Origin: Octopus bimaculoides
Taxonomy: Eukaryota
Assembly (NCBI RefSeq): GCF_001194135.2
Contig: NC_068984.1
Span: 120,413,801 to 120,477,800 of the forward strand
Length of the DNA: 64,000 bases
Direction: 5' to 3'
The translations under genes were made by a program, and so were the position numbers. The notes under the pieces are model-generated. The model did not search any database. It was not told the DNA's origin and saw only the letters and a program-made list of their open reading frames with translations. This document shows positions 12,945 to 25,905 of this stretch, in pieces (within the stretch, counting starts at the first letter, position 1; each line of letters starts with the position of its first letter).

Positions 12945-13115
12945 CCTAGGGTTAGCCCTGGTCAAGTAAATAAACTATGATCAAAGGCATTCCAGCCATG
13001 GTCATCTTACCTGTTTTTGGATATTGTTAACTACACTGTTTATTGAAGACAATAAGACTTGAAAGGGATTTGGCTGCCATTTTGAAGCAGGTCGACCATG
13101 TGGAATCTCCCTTGG
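12945..13115. repeat. Unclassified interspersed repeat (family C)
   Basis: Shared motifs ctatgatcaaagg..ttccagccatg..catc and gatttggctgc.attt; other copies at about 33725-33935 and 49590-49790. Confidence 0.6.
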
Positions 13116-14570
13116 TGATTCAGATTTTATAACAATGTTATTTGAAAGGAATGATATGCAGAGCTAGGCTTGTGGCTAAATCTCCAGTTTACTTTACAAG
13201 AGAAGAAACAAAGAATCTAATGTTAGCCATTATAATGTGCTGTGTTGCTGAGATGCTTGCATTGAAGGTTGTTAGTTGAATGCTGTTGTTGCAGAAAGTG
13301 CAGGAATACTATGAAAGGGATCACTGAGATATAGTTTAATGATGATAGAACACAGGATCACCACCTCCAGTTCCCCCTCCCCTCTCAAAGGATCTTTGTC
13401 TTGCAAGTTACTTGGTGACCCTGCCAGTGCTGGTGGCGCATAGAAAGCATCCAATCCACACTGGGCATTGAATAGAGGGGATTTGTAAAAGCTGGATAGT
13501 GGTAAATCTAGTTTGAGAAATAATTTTAGTACTAATTTATATTAACTTGTGTTACTGAATAAATGCTACTTCCACTGTATTTAGGAAAATCTTGTCAATT
13601 TCAAAAATCATATTGGTCTTTTACAATCTTTTGTTACCAGATTTTCTGTTGAAATACACTGCCTTAGTTGCAATTAATTTTTTGAAAATCATGAAGAATC
13701 AAATAATTTTGTCGTTAAGCTGGTGTTTGGAATGTAAATTAACATGAAACCTTTTTTTAGGAGACTTAAATGTTGATTACTTGAAAATGGAATCTGTATT
13801 ATGGAATCAGGGGTGGTTTGAAGTGGGTTAGTATCAAAAGTGATAATGACCTTTGTTGTTGTTAAGTACAAAGACAATTGAGTCAAGACCATTCTAATTG
13901 ATTATAGTGAAATTTGGCTGAGTGACTGAATAAGAGGTTCAGTTTGGCTTGTATAATGACCTATTTATCTTAGAGTAAATAGAACAAGTTTTGATTGGGC
14001 AGTTCAGTTATCTGAATTAAATATCCAACTTGCAATTTGGGAAGCAAGAAAATATTCACATATTTAAATAATGTTCATTGTTTTTTCATTTGAGATACCG
14101 CAGTATACTGATTTTAAGAGGACTTTTAGATGCAGTGTTGAGAGATTTATAACACTAACTATTCAACTGAATAATCAGCTTGGAACACTGATGAAAATGA
14201 AAGAAAATTAACTAAAAGTATCACAGTAATATGATTCTTTTGGAATAAATTGAAAAACGCTGATCTAAAGTGTCTCTTTTGATTTGTTCATCAGATGCTT
14301 CATAAGTGAATTTATACTTTCAGCATCTCAGCACAAAGCTTTGTGCAAACAAATAATGGCAATATTTCATATTTTGATAAAATTTAAATGATGGACTAAA
14401 AAAGATACTGAACCCTAATTGCAGGATGAAACATATTTGTTTCAAGATTTTTTTAATATAGTTCAATCAAATTGTTGTTGATTTTTCTTTAGAGAAAAGC
14501 TTTTCCTCCCAGTGCTACCCCTTCAAATTTTCCCTAGAGTTTACCAGAACAACTTATTTATTCACTTTAA

Positions 14571-14788
14571 CCCTTTTACACTCAGATTATTCTGCCAAAT
14601 GTAAGACTTTTTCATCCAAATTGTTTTTAATTAATCATACATTATTTTGTAGACTCAAAATTTTGATGATGTGATCTTATATTTTATAATGACATTGAAG
14701 GTCAGACATGATAGGGTGGATCTGGATGGTTAGAATATAAATCAGGTAGCATATTAGGGCTGGATATGGTCTGTTAAATGCTAAAGGG
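14571..14788. mobile_element. piggyBac-like MITE, family P1
   Basis: TTAA on both flanks (14567-70, 14789-92); termini cccttttaca...tgctaaaggg; further copies at 34965-35175 and 43513-43719. Confidence 0.75.
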
Positions 14789-15291
14789 TTAATAGTGTGT
14801 ACACATTTCTGAGCTAAAGTGTTTTCCACGTTTTTACCATATAATTAAATCATATTTGACAGCTTAGCATTTCAGTATTGTTTTTTGTTTAATTTTGAAC
14901 TGTTTATATTGTTAATATTTAACCTGAATATAATACCTTTTTACTAGTCTGTAATTATGAAAGTAGGATGTCGACCTTCTTTAATTGGTTTAGTTACTCC
15001 TCTTTATTTGCTGCCATTATTACCCATTGTACAACACTTGCTCTCTTTCTAAACAAGAAAACAAAACTTAAGTCAACAGCTAATACATGTGTTAGTTTAT
15101 AATCTGTGATGTGTTCACTAGTCATGGCTGTTGTAAAACTACAACAGAATGGACACAATGTGGTACTGGTTGTTGAGTTGTTCAACCGGGTTTGTTTCAC
15201 ACTATTGTTTTATCACTTACTGATTGAATTAATGATGTGTAATTGTTCTTTTTAAGTATTGTTATTAAATATAACAACAATAGGCACACAG

Positions 15292-15328
<37 letters not shown>

Positions 15329-15853
15329 CATATGCACACACATACACATATATATTTGTATATGTGTGGAGGTTAAAAGGAATCAATTATATAATATAAA
15401 ATATTATATAATTTATGTTTGGTTTCTAGATAGGCACTTTAGGTAGGTAATGTTGAAGTGGCTGAACAATCGAGATATTTGAATTATCAAGCTCACAGAC
15501 TGCAAATATAGATCTACTGCTTTTGCTGGGTTATGTTTCTAGTCACAACATTTTAAAATCTGCTTTGTCTCAGTTTACCTAGTAGGAAGGAATATGCATT
15601 AGATAATCTGGGAATTTTACTTGCAATACACCTGCGCCTTATCCAAGGGGATGGGAAGGGTTTATATTTCAGCTGTTTCATGACATGAAACCAGCTCTGA
15701 TAGCTCTTTCTCAGGCCTTAGGAGTGGTGTTTCTTTCTCTCCTCTAAACATTGAAAAGTAATCTTCTGACTGTTGTTTCAAATGGTCTTTCCTTGTATTC
15801 TGTTATCTGATAAAAGTGAAGTATATACACACACACACACACGTATGTGTGTA

Positions 15854-15892
<39 letters not shown>

Positions 15893-16915
15893 NNNNNNNN
15901 NNNNNNNNNNNNNNNNNNNNNNNNNNNNNNNNNNNNNNNNNNNNNNNNNNNNNNNNNNNNNNNNNNNNNNNNNNNNNNNNNNNNNNNNNNNNNNNNNNNN
16001 NNNNNNNNNNNNNNNNNNNNNNNNNNNNNNNNNNNNNNNNNNNNNNNNNNNNNNNNNNNNNNNNNNNNNNNNNNNNNNNNNNNNNNNNNNNNNNNNNNNN
16101 NNNNNNNNNNNNNNNNNNNNNNNNNNNNNNNNNNNNNNNNNNNNNNNNNNNNNNNNNNNNNNNNNNNNNNNNNNNNNNNNNNNNNNNNNNNNNNNNNNNN
16201 NNNNNATTATTTATTCTGTATGATATAGTATGTTTATGGTGTGATAAACTGAAAATTTGGAAGGCTCTTTTGAAGAAATGAAATTGTAATTACCTTGAAA
16301 GAAACGGCACCTTGAAGTTTAAAATGTTTGCTCAAGTTGGCCTCAATATAGTGGGCAAACATAATATGAATGAGAAGCTATGAAAGGATCTTGATGTAGA
16401 GGCCATGATGACTAGATAGTATTTCATACCTATCTCAAATGTCTGTGGCAAATCAAGCCAGTGAAAGGAAGGTTTTGCTTCTAATTTTACTCAGTTGAAA
16501 ACCAAAAATGTTTTCTGTGTAGTGCTCTTGACTCCTTCAACAGTAGCAACACCATAACCAAGTGTGACAGGCTCACAAAACAGTTTCAGACCCCTATTGA
16601 CTCTAATCCACCCAAGGCTGCCCATGGCTAAATTTAAGCTTTCATAGTTAATTTATGTTCCAAACCTCAGCTTAATAATGACACAGTTTACTAAATCTTT
16701 CATTAATTTCAAAAGTAATTTAAGTAAAAACTGTGTTTCAAGAGAAGTATGATAACAAAAGGGCTAAAATTTTAAACTTTACAAGGTCTATTCAGTAAAT
16801 ACCAGAAACCTTGTTGAAAAAGCATTCTTATAGTAGCAGATACTACACATCTGCAAGCAGTATAGCTTTTTCTAAGGTCATTATTTCTTGTTGATGAAAA
16901 AAGAAAAAAAAAATA

Positions 16916-17114
16916 CAAAGGAGTGGCTGTGTGGTAAGTAGCTTGCTTACCAACCACATGGTTCCGGGTTCATTCCCACTGCGTGGCACCTTGGGCAAGT
17001 GTCTTCTACTATAGCCTCGGGCCAACCAAAGCCTTGTGAGTGGATTTGGTAGACGGAAACTGAAAGAAGCCCGTCATATATATGTATATATATATATATA
17101 TATGTGCGTGTGTT

Positions 17115-17187
<73 letters not shown>

Positions 17188-17373
17188 GTGTCTGTGTTCT
17201 CCCCACCCCAACATCACTTGACAAACCAATGGTGGTGTGTTTACATCCCCATAACCTAGCTGTTTGGCAAAAGAAACCGATAGAATAAGTACTAGGCTTC
17301 CAAAGAATAAGTTCTGGGGTCCATTTGCTCGACTAAGGGTAGTGACTGAAACAAGTAAAAGAATAAAAGAAAG
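16916..17373 (+). mobile_element. Family A SINE, young full-length copy with long internal (TG)n
   Basis: Intact A box and B box (ggttcattccc), CpGs retained in the 5' half, tail gactgaaacaagtaaaagaataaaaga. Confidence 0.92.
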
Positions 17374-19638
17374 AGTAGCTGCTAAAAGAAGCCCCCCCCC
17401 CTCATCTCCTCTCTCAGCCATTACTTGTGTTTATAGCCATATTTGTTATGAAGAAAGTATGGCAACAGAAGGACAAAGAGTAGAACATGTTCAAGAAAGA
17501 GAAAGGTTAAGTAGAAGTAAGTCAACCAGAACTCAAGTCTTTTAAACATGGTATCATATATTGTTTTAATTTTTGTGCTGTGACAGAACTATGTGGGAGC
17601 TGATAGTCACATGAACTAGAGGAAAAATATTGCAGGAAGGAAAGAGTTCATGCTTATAACTGGACTGGACAGAGTGTTCAGAAATCTGGTTAAAACCATC
17701 CATTGGTGAGGGAGTGTGGTTCACAAGCCTTGGCTCCTGTTTGTTTAGATTTTAACAGCATCTAATATTCTAAGGAAGTGAAACTTACTTCTCTGCTGTG
17801 AAGGAGTGTTCTTAAAACCAAGTGTCTGAATAGGAAAAGCTGGGGATTAGCATGGAGACAAGGTTATATGATAGATGAAAGGAAGATGGATTATTCAGTG
17901 ACTGTAAATAATCCATATATGAATTAATATTCCTTAATATTTTCACTTTATTTACCAGTCTTGTGGAAAATAAATGGCAAAGTCTTTGGGAGATGCTTGA
18001 TGAATCATGAGAATATTTTGGATTACTAGTTTATTTATTTATCTTGTATTTGGATGACGATGCAGTGCAGTCCATTCTGGAGTATTTTTAAAAAGTAACT
18101 TTAATGTTTTATCTTTTTCACTTTATTTGGCATTCTTTACATATTTATAAGATTATAAATTTAATCAAATAGGTTATAAAATTGATGCTTGATTTAGGCT
18201 AGTTTTGTAGGAAATGCAACTGGATAAAGTACATTTGATAGCTATTTTATCAACCCTAGAGGATTATAAGGCAATGTAGATACAAATGAGAAAGCATGAA
18301 TATAAATATCTTAAAACATTTAGTCAAGCACTCTTTCATTTGTAGCATTTTTTTAATTAAGCAATATCAATTACTCACTTAAGCACAAAACCTATATATT
18401 CATAAAAAGCAAAACAATAAAAAAACCCTGAGAAATGAGACTAACATTTATACCCTCATCAGAAGAATTATTAAGGGAAGTGAATTAGTTTCAAATTGGA
18501 ATCAAAACCAACCCCAAAATTCTCTTCATTTGGAGTATTTTTTCTTTATAGCACTGGATATTGTTTTATTTTTTGTCTTTATTCTGTGAAATTCACATTA
18601 AAAATACACATGTATGCACACACAAGTGTGTGTATGCACATGTATCTATATACTAATGTTCATGTTTCACTGTATGTGTGCACATATATGAAAGTACATA
18701 GTTTTTGTGTATGGTATGCACATACATGCATGCATCTAGACATACCTGCATGTGTGTAAGTGTACTCTGTGTCTGACAGTATCTTAATCTTACATTTTGT
18801 TTTGGATAAGCTTTTCATAGTCTAGTAGTAAATTATCTCAGCTATTTTGAATATTGATAAATTTCTCTTCTAAGTCTTTTATGTACTTCAAACTATTTTA
18901 ATACCACTTCGCCAACCTAGTTTCTCCACCACCTCTTCCCAGCTCATTGCAGTCAAGTAATATTCGGAATATAAAATCTTTTACAGTAAGTGGCCAAGAT
19001 GCTTGACTAAGAGGAGTAATTGTAAATAAATGTGTCAGTTGCAGATACTCAGATTTAATACATCATTTCAGATTTGAAGAATTTATATTTTTTAAGGTTA
19101 TTAATATCATCTAGTTATTGGTAAGAAGTTGTAAGTCTCAAGATTAACATGGAAAGTGAATTAAAGTAAGAGAAACTCTTTGGCTACATGATGTACAAGG
19201 TGCCCAACATTTGTTAGTACAAGTTTTAGCAGTTTATGATTTTTTAAAATTATTATTCATATTCCTTAACAACCTTGTTGGACATATTATGTCGAAAGAG
19301 TCCTTTGGGCCAATCAAATAGTTCATTGAGCCTCAGAAACATTTTAGTGTTATTCTTCATTGTGTGAGGATGATTTACCTTCATAAAAGATTCTTCTGTA
19401 AACAGAATTCTTCTTACAAAAGCAAATGCAAATCTCTTAGAGAAGTTTCACTGACTCAAAATATAACAGCTTGTGATTTTCTTGTTTTATATACATGGTA
19501 AATGTTACGCATACCAGTATTTTAATTTAAGGTTGTTTCAAGTGCAAATATTAATTTTTGTTCTTGCCTGGTTAGCTTTTCTACAAATCAGTAGATATTT
19601 TGTTGATTGATTTCTATATCAGAACAGCTCAGAATGTC

Positions 19639-19699
19639 GGGTATTTGTCACTGAAGAGACTAAATTGTGTTGAAACACCATGTCTGGTGACAAAAACCC
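19639..19699 (+). ncRNA. Candidate minimal type I hammerhead ribozyme (Penelope-like element remnant)
   Basis: gggtatttgtca-CTGAAGA-gac(taaattgt)gtt-GAAA-c-accat-GTC-tgg-tgacaaaaaccc; the flanking arms are 11/12 complementary. Confidence 0.5.
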
Positions 19700-19894
19700 T
19701 GTATTTTTAACACACAAGTTTCTTTGGAAAGTTTCTCTGAAAGAAAATATTACAGCTAGTGTCATTCCATATTTCTATACTCATTATATGTTATACACAC
19801 TGGTTTTTTTTAAATATGCTAATTTCCAGGCATTGGTATGTAATAGTTACTTCTCTATTTTAAAACTGCTAGTCTGATGAAGGCCCAGCTACAC

Positions 19895-20097
19895 CAGGGG
19901 TTCTCAACCATTTTTTATCCATGGACCCCTTTGATTTCTGTTTTACTTGGATGGACCCTTATAACCATTCAATGTTTAAAAAAATCCCATTATATTGTGT
20001 ACTGTTGAAGTATAATTAATTTATTAGAGATAAATTTTATCAACAAAATCCTATGTGGACCCCAAAGGGTCATATGGACCCTTGTTGAGAATCACTG
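19895..20097. mobile_element. hAT-like MITE
   Basis: TIR caggggttctcaac / gttgagaatcactg, subterminal ggacccc repeats, degenerate 8-bp TSD agctacac/ctctatac (5/8). Confidence 0.75.
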
Positions 20098-20429
20098 CTC
20101 TATACCTTCTTAGATTTGGGATCAAGTTTGATGGAATGTGGTTGATGTTAATATTTAATTTAGATTGTTGCATGTTGATACTTGCATCATTTTAATATTT
20201 TTTGTTTATTGTGTTACGCTGTTGTGTAATACAGTCTAGTGAGGAAGAAAGGCAAAGTTGACGTTGGTGGGTTTTGAACACAAATGATTTATTCTTTCAT
20301 ATTGTCATATGGCTAGGCATTTGTAAAGGATGGAATACAGTTGATCAAATGGTTACAATTTATTTCATCAATCCTGAAGGGATAAAAGACAAATTCAACT
20401 CCATCAAGGTTTTAATTCAGTACCTTATG

Positions 20430-20695
20430 TTAAAGTAAAAGGTAAAGCTACCTTCTCAAATCATACCAACTCATAAGGGCTGGTTTCCTAGTTTCATGGC
20501 ATATATATTCCCCACCTGGATGAGATGCCAGTCTGTTGAAAGATTACTCATTTTTGCCAGCTGAGTGGACTGGAGCAACATGAAATGAAGTGCTTTGCTC
20601 AAGAACACAATGCATCGCCCAGTCCAGGAATTGAAACCAGAATCTTACGATCATAGTCCAACACCCTAACCACTGAACACTAACCACATGACTAA
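20430..20695 (-). mobile_element. Family F SINE (tRNA head, gtgttcttgagcaa core), tail variant 1
   Basis: Reverse complement has ggtttcaattcc B box and gtgttcttgagcaaagcacttcatttca core shared with 41905 and 54385. Confidence 0.75.
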
Positions 20696-20713
20696 ATACT
20701 TTGGTACATTTAA

Positions 20714-20917
20714 CCCCTTTTGTTACTAACTGTTTCTACTGAAATACACTGCATTTTTTAATAAGTAATTTTGAAAATAATGAAGAATTTAGTAAAATGA
20801 CTGTTGTTACAAAGCAGGCTGGAACATTTTGATGGAAGGCTTTACTTTAAATGATTTTAAGACTGGAAGTTTGCATCATAGAACCAGGTTGTCTTGAGTA
20901 GGTTGGTATCAGAAGGG
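20714..20917. mobile_element. piggyBac-like MITE, family P2
   Basis: ttaa-ccccttttgttac...ggtatcagaaggg-ttga; the interior gaaatacactgc...gaagaatttagtaaaat recurs at about 13624-13843, 29442-29660, 36385-36522, 37395-37627 and 59620-59836. Confidence 0.72.
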
Positions 20918-21644
20918 TTGATCTCATGGGCTATCATTGTTATTTTTTTATTCCAAGTATATGGAATGCCATAAAAAAATGTTTCAGGTTGGTATGCATG
21001 TGTAGGATGTATATGACATAAGATCTTAAGATGTGCTGTTCATCATGACTTTTCATTCCCTGAGAATTTTAGTTCTGAGTGAAGGCGGTTAGACATTTCA
21101 TGAGGGTTTATTATTTACTATTTTATAAATAATAAATTTTGTAGAAACCCTTTCTTTATCAATTTTATTTATTAGATGTTAACCCTTGTATTGCTTATTC
21201 AAATTTCATGCTAGTTCATAACAATTTTCTAAATGATTTTAGTCAGTTATATATATTTAGTTATTCTTTCAGAAACTACATTTTCGATCCATTTTTCATT
21301 TTAGCATGAACTGCTATATATTTTCTCTGTTTAATCATTTATTTATTTTATTGCAAAAATTCTAATATTTTTAAACATAATATTAAAACAGTTATTTTTT
21401 TTCTGCCAATCTGGATTTAGTAAGGTTTGAAATCATGACTATAATCATTTATAATCCATTAATAATTCACTAATAATTGTGTCTCGTGAAAAATTGGCAA
21501 AACGTTGTTGAACATATTGATGCTCATAAAGCTGTATTTGTATTTGTTTTACAGAACATTTTTGTTGAGATATATATAATCAATATGGGATTTGATTTAG
21601 CATTTTATACTAAAATATTAACGTTTACAAAACATAAATATACA

Positions 21645-21955
21645 AGCACAGTTGTGGCTGTGTGGTAAGAAGCTATTTTCCCAACCATGTGGTCTTGAGT
21701 TCAGTCTCACTGTACAGCACCTTGGGCAAGTGTCTTCTACTGTTGCCCCAAGCAATAGTATATATAGTATATATATATATATATATATGTGTGTGTCTTT
21801 GTGTTTGTCCTTCACCACTGTTTTACAACTGATATTAGTTTGTTTATGTCCCTGTAACTTAACAGTTTGGCTTAAGGGACCAATATAATAATTACCAGGC
21901 TTAAAAAAAAATAAGTATTGGGGTTGACTAGTTCAACTAAAACCCTTCAATGTAG
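21645..21955 (+). mobile_element. Family A SINE
   Basis: gtggctgtgtggtaagaagc head, internal (TA)n, partial tail. Confidence 0.85.
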
Positions 21956-21959
21956 TGTC

Positions 21960-22212
21960 AAGTGGAGATGGGGGACAAACACAAGCAAAGGCACTAACTC
22001 ATTTATATATATGTTTATACATCTCTCTCTCTCTCTCTCTTCTCCTCTCCCCCTCTCTTCCCCTCTCTCCCCTCTATATAATTGACGAGCTTCTTTCAGG
22101 TTTTGTCTACCAAATCCACTCACAGTGCTTTGGTTGGTTAAGGTGCCATGCAGTGAGACTGAACTCAAGATCACATGGTTCAAAAGCTAGCTTCTCAACC
22201 ACACAGCCATGC
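21960..22212 (-). mobile_element. Family A SINE, inverted, internal (CT)n
   Basis: Reverse-complement head ends at ccacacagccatgc (about 22212); the central microsatellite is GA-type in this copy. Confidence 0.8.
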
Positions 22213-23809
22213 TGTCATGCTTCCACCTATTCTGCAACAACCACAAGATATGATAACTGTTTGCATACAATAATTTTGTTCAAATGCATGGTATCCTTTG
22301 TGCTTAGCCAAACTTTCAGTTTTGTTCTTTCCTTCCCACAAGAACATGGTTTTTTTAAAGCATCAAGAATTATCAACAGTAGGCATGATAGGGTTAAAAA
22401 TAATCTGAACGGATTAGTGAAAGGTCATTGCTATCAGTGTCAGAATATAAACAAGGAAAAGATTTTGTACTCAAATCTGCCATAACATCAAAAGCAGAAT
22501 CAAAACAAACAAATGCTTCTTCTATGAATTCTGTATTATTTTGCTTCTGTTGTCAGCTGTCAAGATATTAATACAAAATAATTACTTTCAGGAGGTAAAT
22601 TCATTTCTGATTCAATTTCTAGTGAAGTCCTAGCAAAGACTAAAACAAAATATAATGTGAAATTATAACTAGGATACTATTTATTGTCTACTAAATATAT
22701 ATCATCGTATGTTTTTATATCTTGTTGTTCAGTCGGTTAATAACTATGGCAAAGTTCCAGGTTTTACTTATAAAAAAATATAAGTGTTAAATAGAGGTGT
22801 TTTCTTGTACGTTTTCCAATTAGCTGTTTCTCGTGTGAAAAAAGCCAAATATCACCTTATGAATATATATGACAATGCCAGCATTCTTAAGTTATATTTA
22901 GCCTAGTCAAACATGCAATAACATTGAAAAGTTTATTATAGTCAACTTGACCTCTTTGGACAACTTAAATATTGTTCTACAGGTGGAAACACGATAGGCT
23001 TTCAATGACTGATAGCTGATGGTAGAACTAGGTCAAGAAAAACCTGCAGTGAAAGCGGTTGCAAAATGAATCACTTGTCTGATGTGCTAAGTTAAGCAAT
23101 GCCTTGCTGTTTGAAGGAGAGGGAATGACAAAGAAGAAGAAGAAAGAGCAGGATAAAAGAGACTAAGAATATTTTAAATTGCTGCAGCTTTGGCTACAAC
23201 AGAATAAACTTGACTATGTTTATTAAATACATGAATGTTTGAGATGAGTTATTGTTAATGCAATTATGATATTTTGGACTTTTAGTCTCAATTTTAGAGT
23301 TGAGATATCATCATTATCACCATCATCATCATCATGCTTTCATGTTGGACTGCAAACAAATGGCATTGTCAGGAAGCCAGTGTTTACAAACCAGCAAAGA
23401 TAAAGGAAATTTGAACTCACACTCACACAAACACACAAATGTGCATACACACATGCACACACACACACACGACACATATGGTATGCTCCTTTCAGTTTCT
23501 GTATAATATATTCACTCACAAAGCTTTAGTTGGCCTAAGTCTATAGCAGAAGACACTTGCACAAAGTATCCTGCAGTAGAACTGAACCTGAAACAACATA
23601 GTTGGGAAACGATCTACAATACATTCACTACATTTTCATAATGTTGGTCACTGATCATCATCAGGTGACATGTATGAGTTTATAATAACAGACTGCATTC
23701 AAACTAAGAACTTCGTTTTGTAAATTAATGAAGGTAACACTTTTTTAATAATTGTATAGGTCAGATGGAATTCATTCCTCAAGGTAGATTTTCTATAAAT
23801 GAATGCCCT

Positions 23810-23963
23810 TCCTAGCATCAATCCTCACCTGTTTCTAAGCAAATTAATATTTCCCCTTAGATGGACATTTTTTTATGAGGAAGACTAGAAATGAGGGACA
23901 CCACTTATATGACATTGATGCTCATTTATAACCATCATGTGATGTCAAGAGAGGGAGACACAT

Positions 23964-24029
<66 letters not shown>

Positions 24030-24160
24030 CAGGCTTCTTTTAGTTTCTGTCAGTCAAATCTGCTCATAAGGATTTAATTGGACTGGAGTTATGGTTGATG
24101 ACAACTGTGTAAGGTGTCATCTTACACAGGGGCTGAACCCTTTCTCAGCCACAGAGCTAT
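23810..24160 (-). mobile_element. Family A-headed SINE with alternative (family D, RTE-type) 3' half, degraded
   Basis: tgatgtcaagagagggagaca and aatattcccc motifs are the reverse complement of the D half; the head follows a (TA)n. Confidence 0.65.
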
Positions 24161-24319
24161 GTATGTATCTCCTTTCAACAATATGATTGCTGGAAAATAC
24201 TTTAGGACTGTATTACTTACTCTTTGCAAATTTTAATACTGTGATCTGAAAAGCTTTAAAGGCAATTGCCAAGGGAGGCAACTCCACTAAAATAAATCTG
24301 AATATTTAAAGATATAGAA

Positions 24320-24530
24320 AATGAAGTGGATCTAGTCATTATACAAGCTGCTGAAAAATATGAGCATGTGTTTCAGTCTTGTTAGACTTCAACAGAGCAT
24401 ATTCCACTCAGTTGGTTAAACTAACAGAGATCAATATAAATAGAAGAAAGGTAGTGTTGCTGATTAGGGATATGAACTGTATTGCTGCGGGAAAAATACA
24501 TCAGGAAAGGGTAGTCTTTTGTACAGTATA
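24320..24530 (+). mobile_element. Highly degraded LINE RT fragment
   Basis: VIIQAAEKYE then LLDFNRAYS...LLIRDM resemble IRQLxEKY / xDFxKAYD RT motifs across a frameshift. Confidence 0.35.
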
Positions 24531-24869
24531 AATACCATTATTAGGATTTCATTTGTTTAATATAATGAACTGAAAACCTTCAATTAACTGAGATTTATCA
24601 GTTAATTAAACAAAAATTTCTTCTAGGAGTGTCTAAAACCTAAGAGAGAGAGAGAGAAAGAGGATGCCAGTAAAATCAATTGAAGTTTTTGGGAAATAGA
24701 GAAAATGCTGTGTAGGAGTGGATTTGGTTGTTATTCTAACTAATAAAAGTAATGGCTGTATTTTGGTCTTATTAAATCTCTTCACTGAAGCATGTTCTAA
24801 GATTAAAACTAATATTTAGAGTGATCTGTAGAAATAGAGAATACAGTGATTTTGATTAAAGGTGCAGGT

Positions 24870-25030
24870 ATGTTATTGGGGTTAAGAAGTTTACTTCTGG
24901 CTATGTGGTTTTAGGTTCAGTTCCGTTGCGAAGCACTTTGGGGAAATGTCTTCTACTATTGCTCATGACCGAAAAAACCCTTGTGAATAGATTTTGTAGA
25001 TGGGAATTGAAAGAAGCCCATCGTGTGCGT
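24870..25030 (+). mobile_element. Family A SINE 5' half followed by long (CA)n
   Basis: ggttcagttcc B box, aaatgtcttctactattgc core; (CA)n arrays 25083-25260. Confidence 0.8.
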
Positions 25031-25073
25031 GTGTGTGTCATGTGCCTGTGTGAGTATGTGTGTGTGTGTGTAG

Positions 25074-25164
<91 letters not shown>

Positions 25165-25189
25165 TATATATATAATATATAATACACAC

Positions 25190-25261
<72 letters not shown>

Positions 25262-25265
<4 letters not shown>

Positions 25266-25518
25266 CATCATCAGCATCGTTTAACGTCTGCTTTCCATGC
25301 TGGCATAGGCTGTCAATCCTGGTGGTTGCTCCGACTCCAATCTATTCTGGTAAGGTTTCTACAGCTGGATGTCTTTCCTAATGCCAACCACTCCGCGAAT
25401 GTAGTAGGGGATTTTTACGTGCCACTGGCACAGGGCCAGTCAGGTGGCACTGGCATCGACCACACTTGAACGGTGCTTTTTACGTGCTACAGCACGGGAG
25501 CCAGTCAGGCAGCACTGA
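25262..25518 (-). mobile_element. RTE-type tail
   Basis: (cat)n-cgtttaacgtctgctttccatgctggcat...tttacgtgccactggcac. Confidence 0.85.
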
Positions 25519-25659
25519 TATATGTGTGTATGTGTGTGTGTATATATACACACACACACACACACATGTATACAAGGTTGTACTCCAGCATGGCCACAGT
25601 CTAATAACTGAAACAAGTGAATAAAAGAATATGTATATATGTTTGTGTGTGTGTTTGTG

Positions 25660-25905
25660 TTTCTACTTGTCTTTTGACGTCATGGCAAAGTTATAAACAA
25701 ACATTACTGTCATGCAAGCTGAGCTCCGCATTATCAGCTTTCTGTGTAAGCATGCCTGGTCATGGGGAAATATTGCCTTGCTTGGAAATGGATCAGGGTT
25801 GGTAAACAAGGATGACATCTAACTGTTGGAAACTTATCTCAATGAATTCTTTCAGACCCATGCAAGCATGGAGAAAATATGAATATTAGAATGTTGATGA
25901 TGATG
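25660..25905 (+). mobile_element. Family D SINE 3' half
   Basis: gtcttttgacgtc...catggggaaatattgccttgcttggaaa...gacccatgcaagcatggag...(gat)n; copies at 48955-49210 and 52880-53110. Confidence 0.75.

Noticed and set aside
13860-14230. Faint hAT transposase-like words (LSELNIQL, VERFITL)
   Set aside because: Scattered over frames with too little similarity
17410-17545. MATEGQRVEHVQERER frame with nearby GT sites
   Set aside because: Purine-rich low complexity next to a SINE tail; no homology recognised
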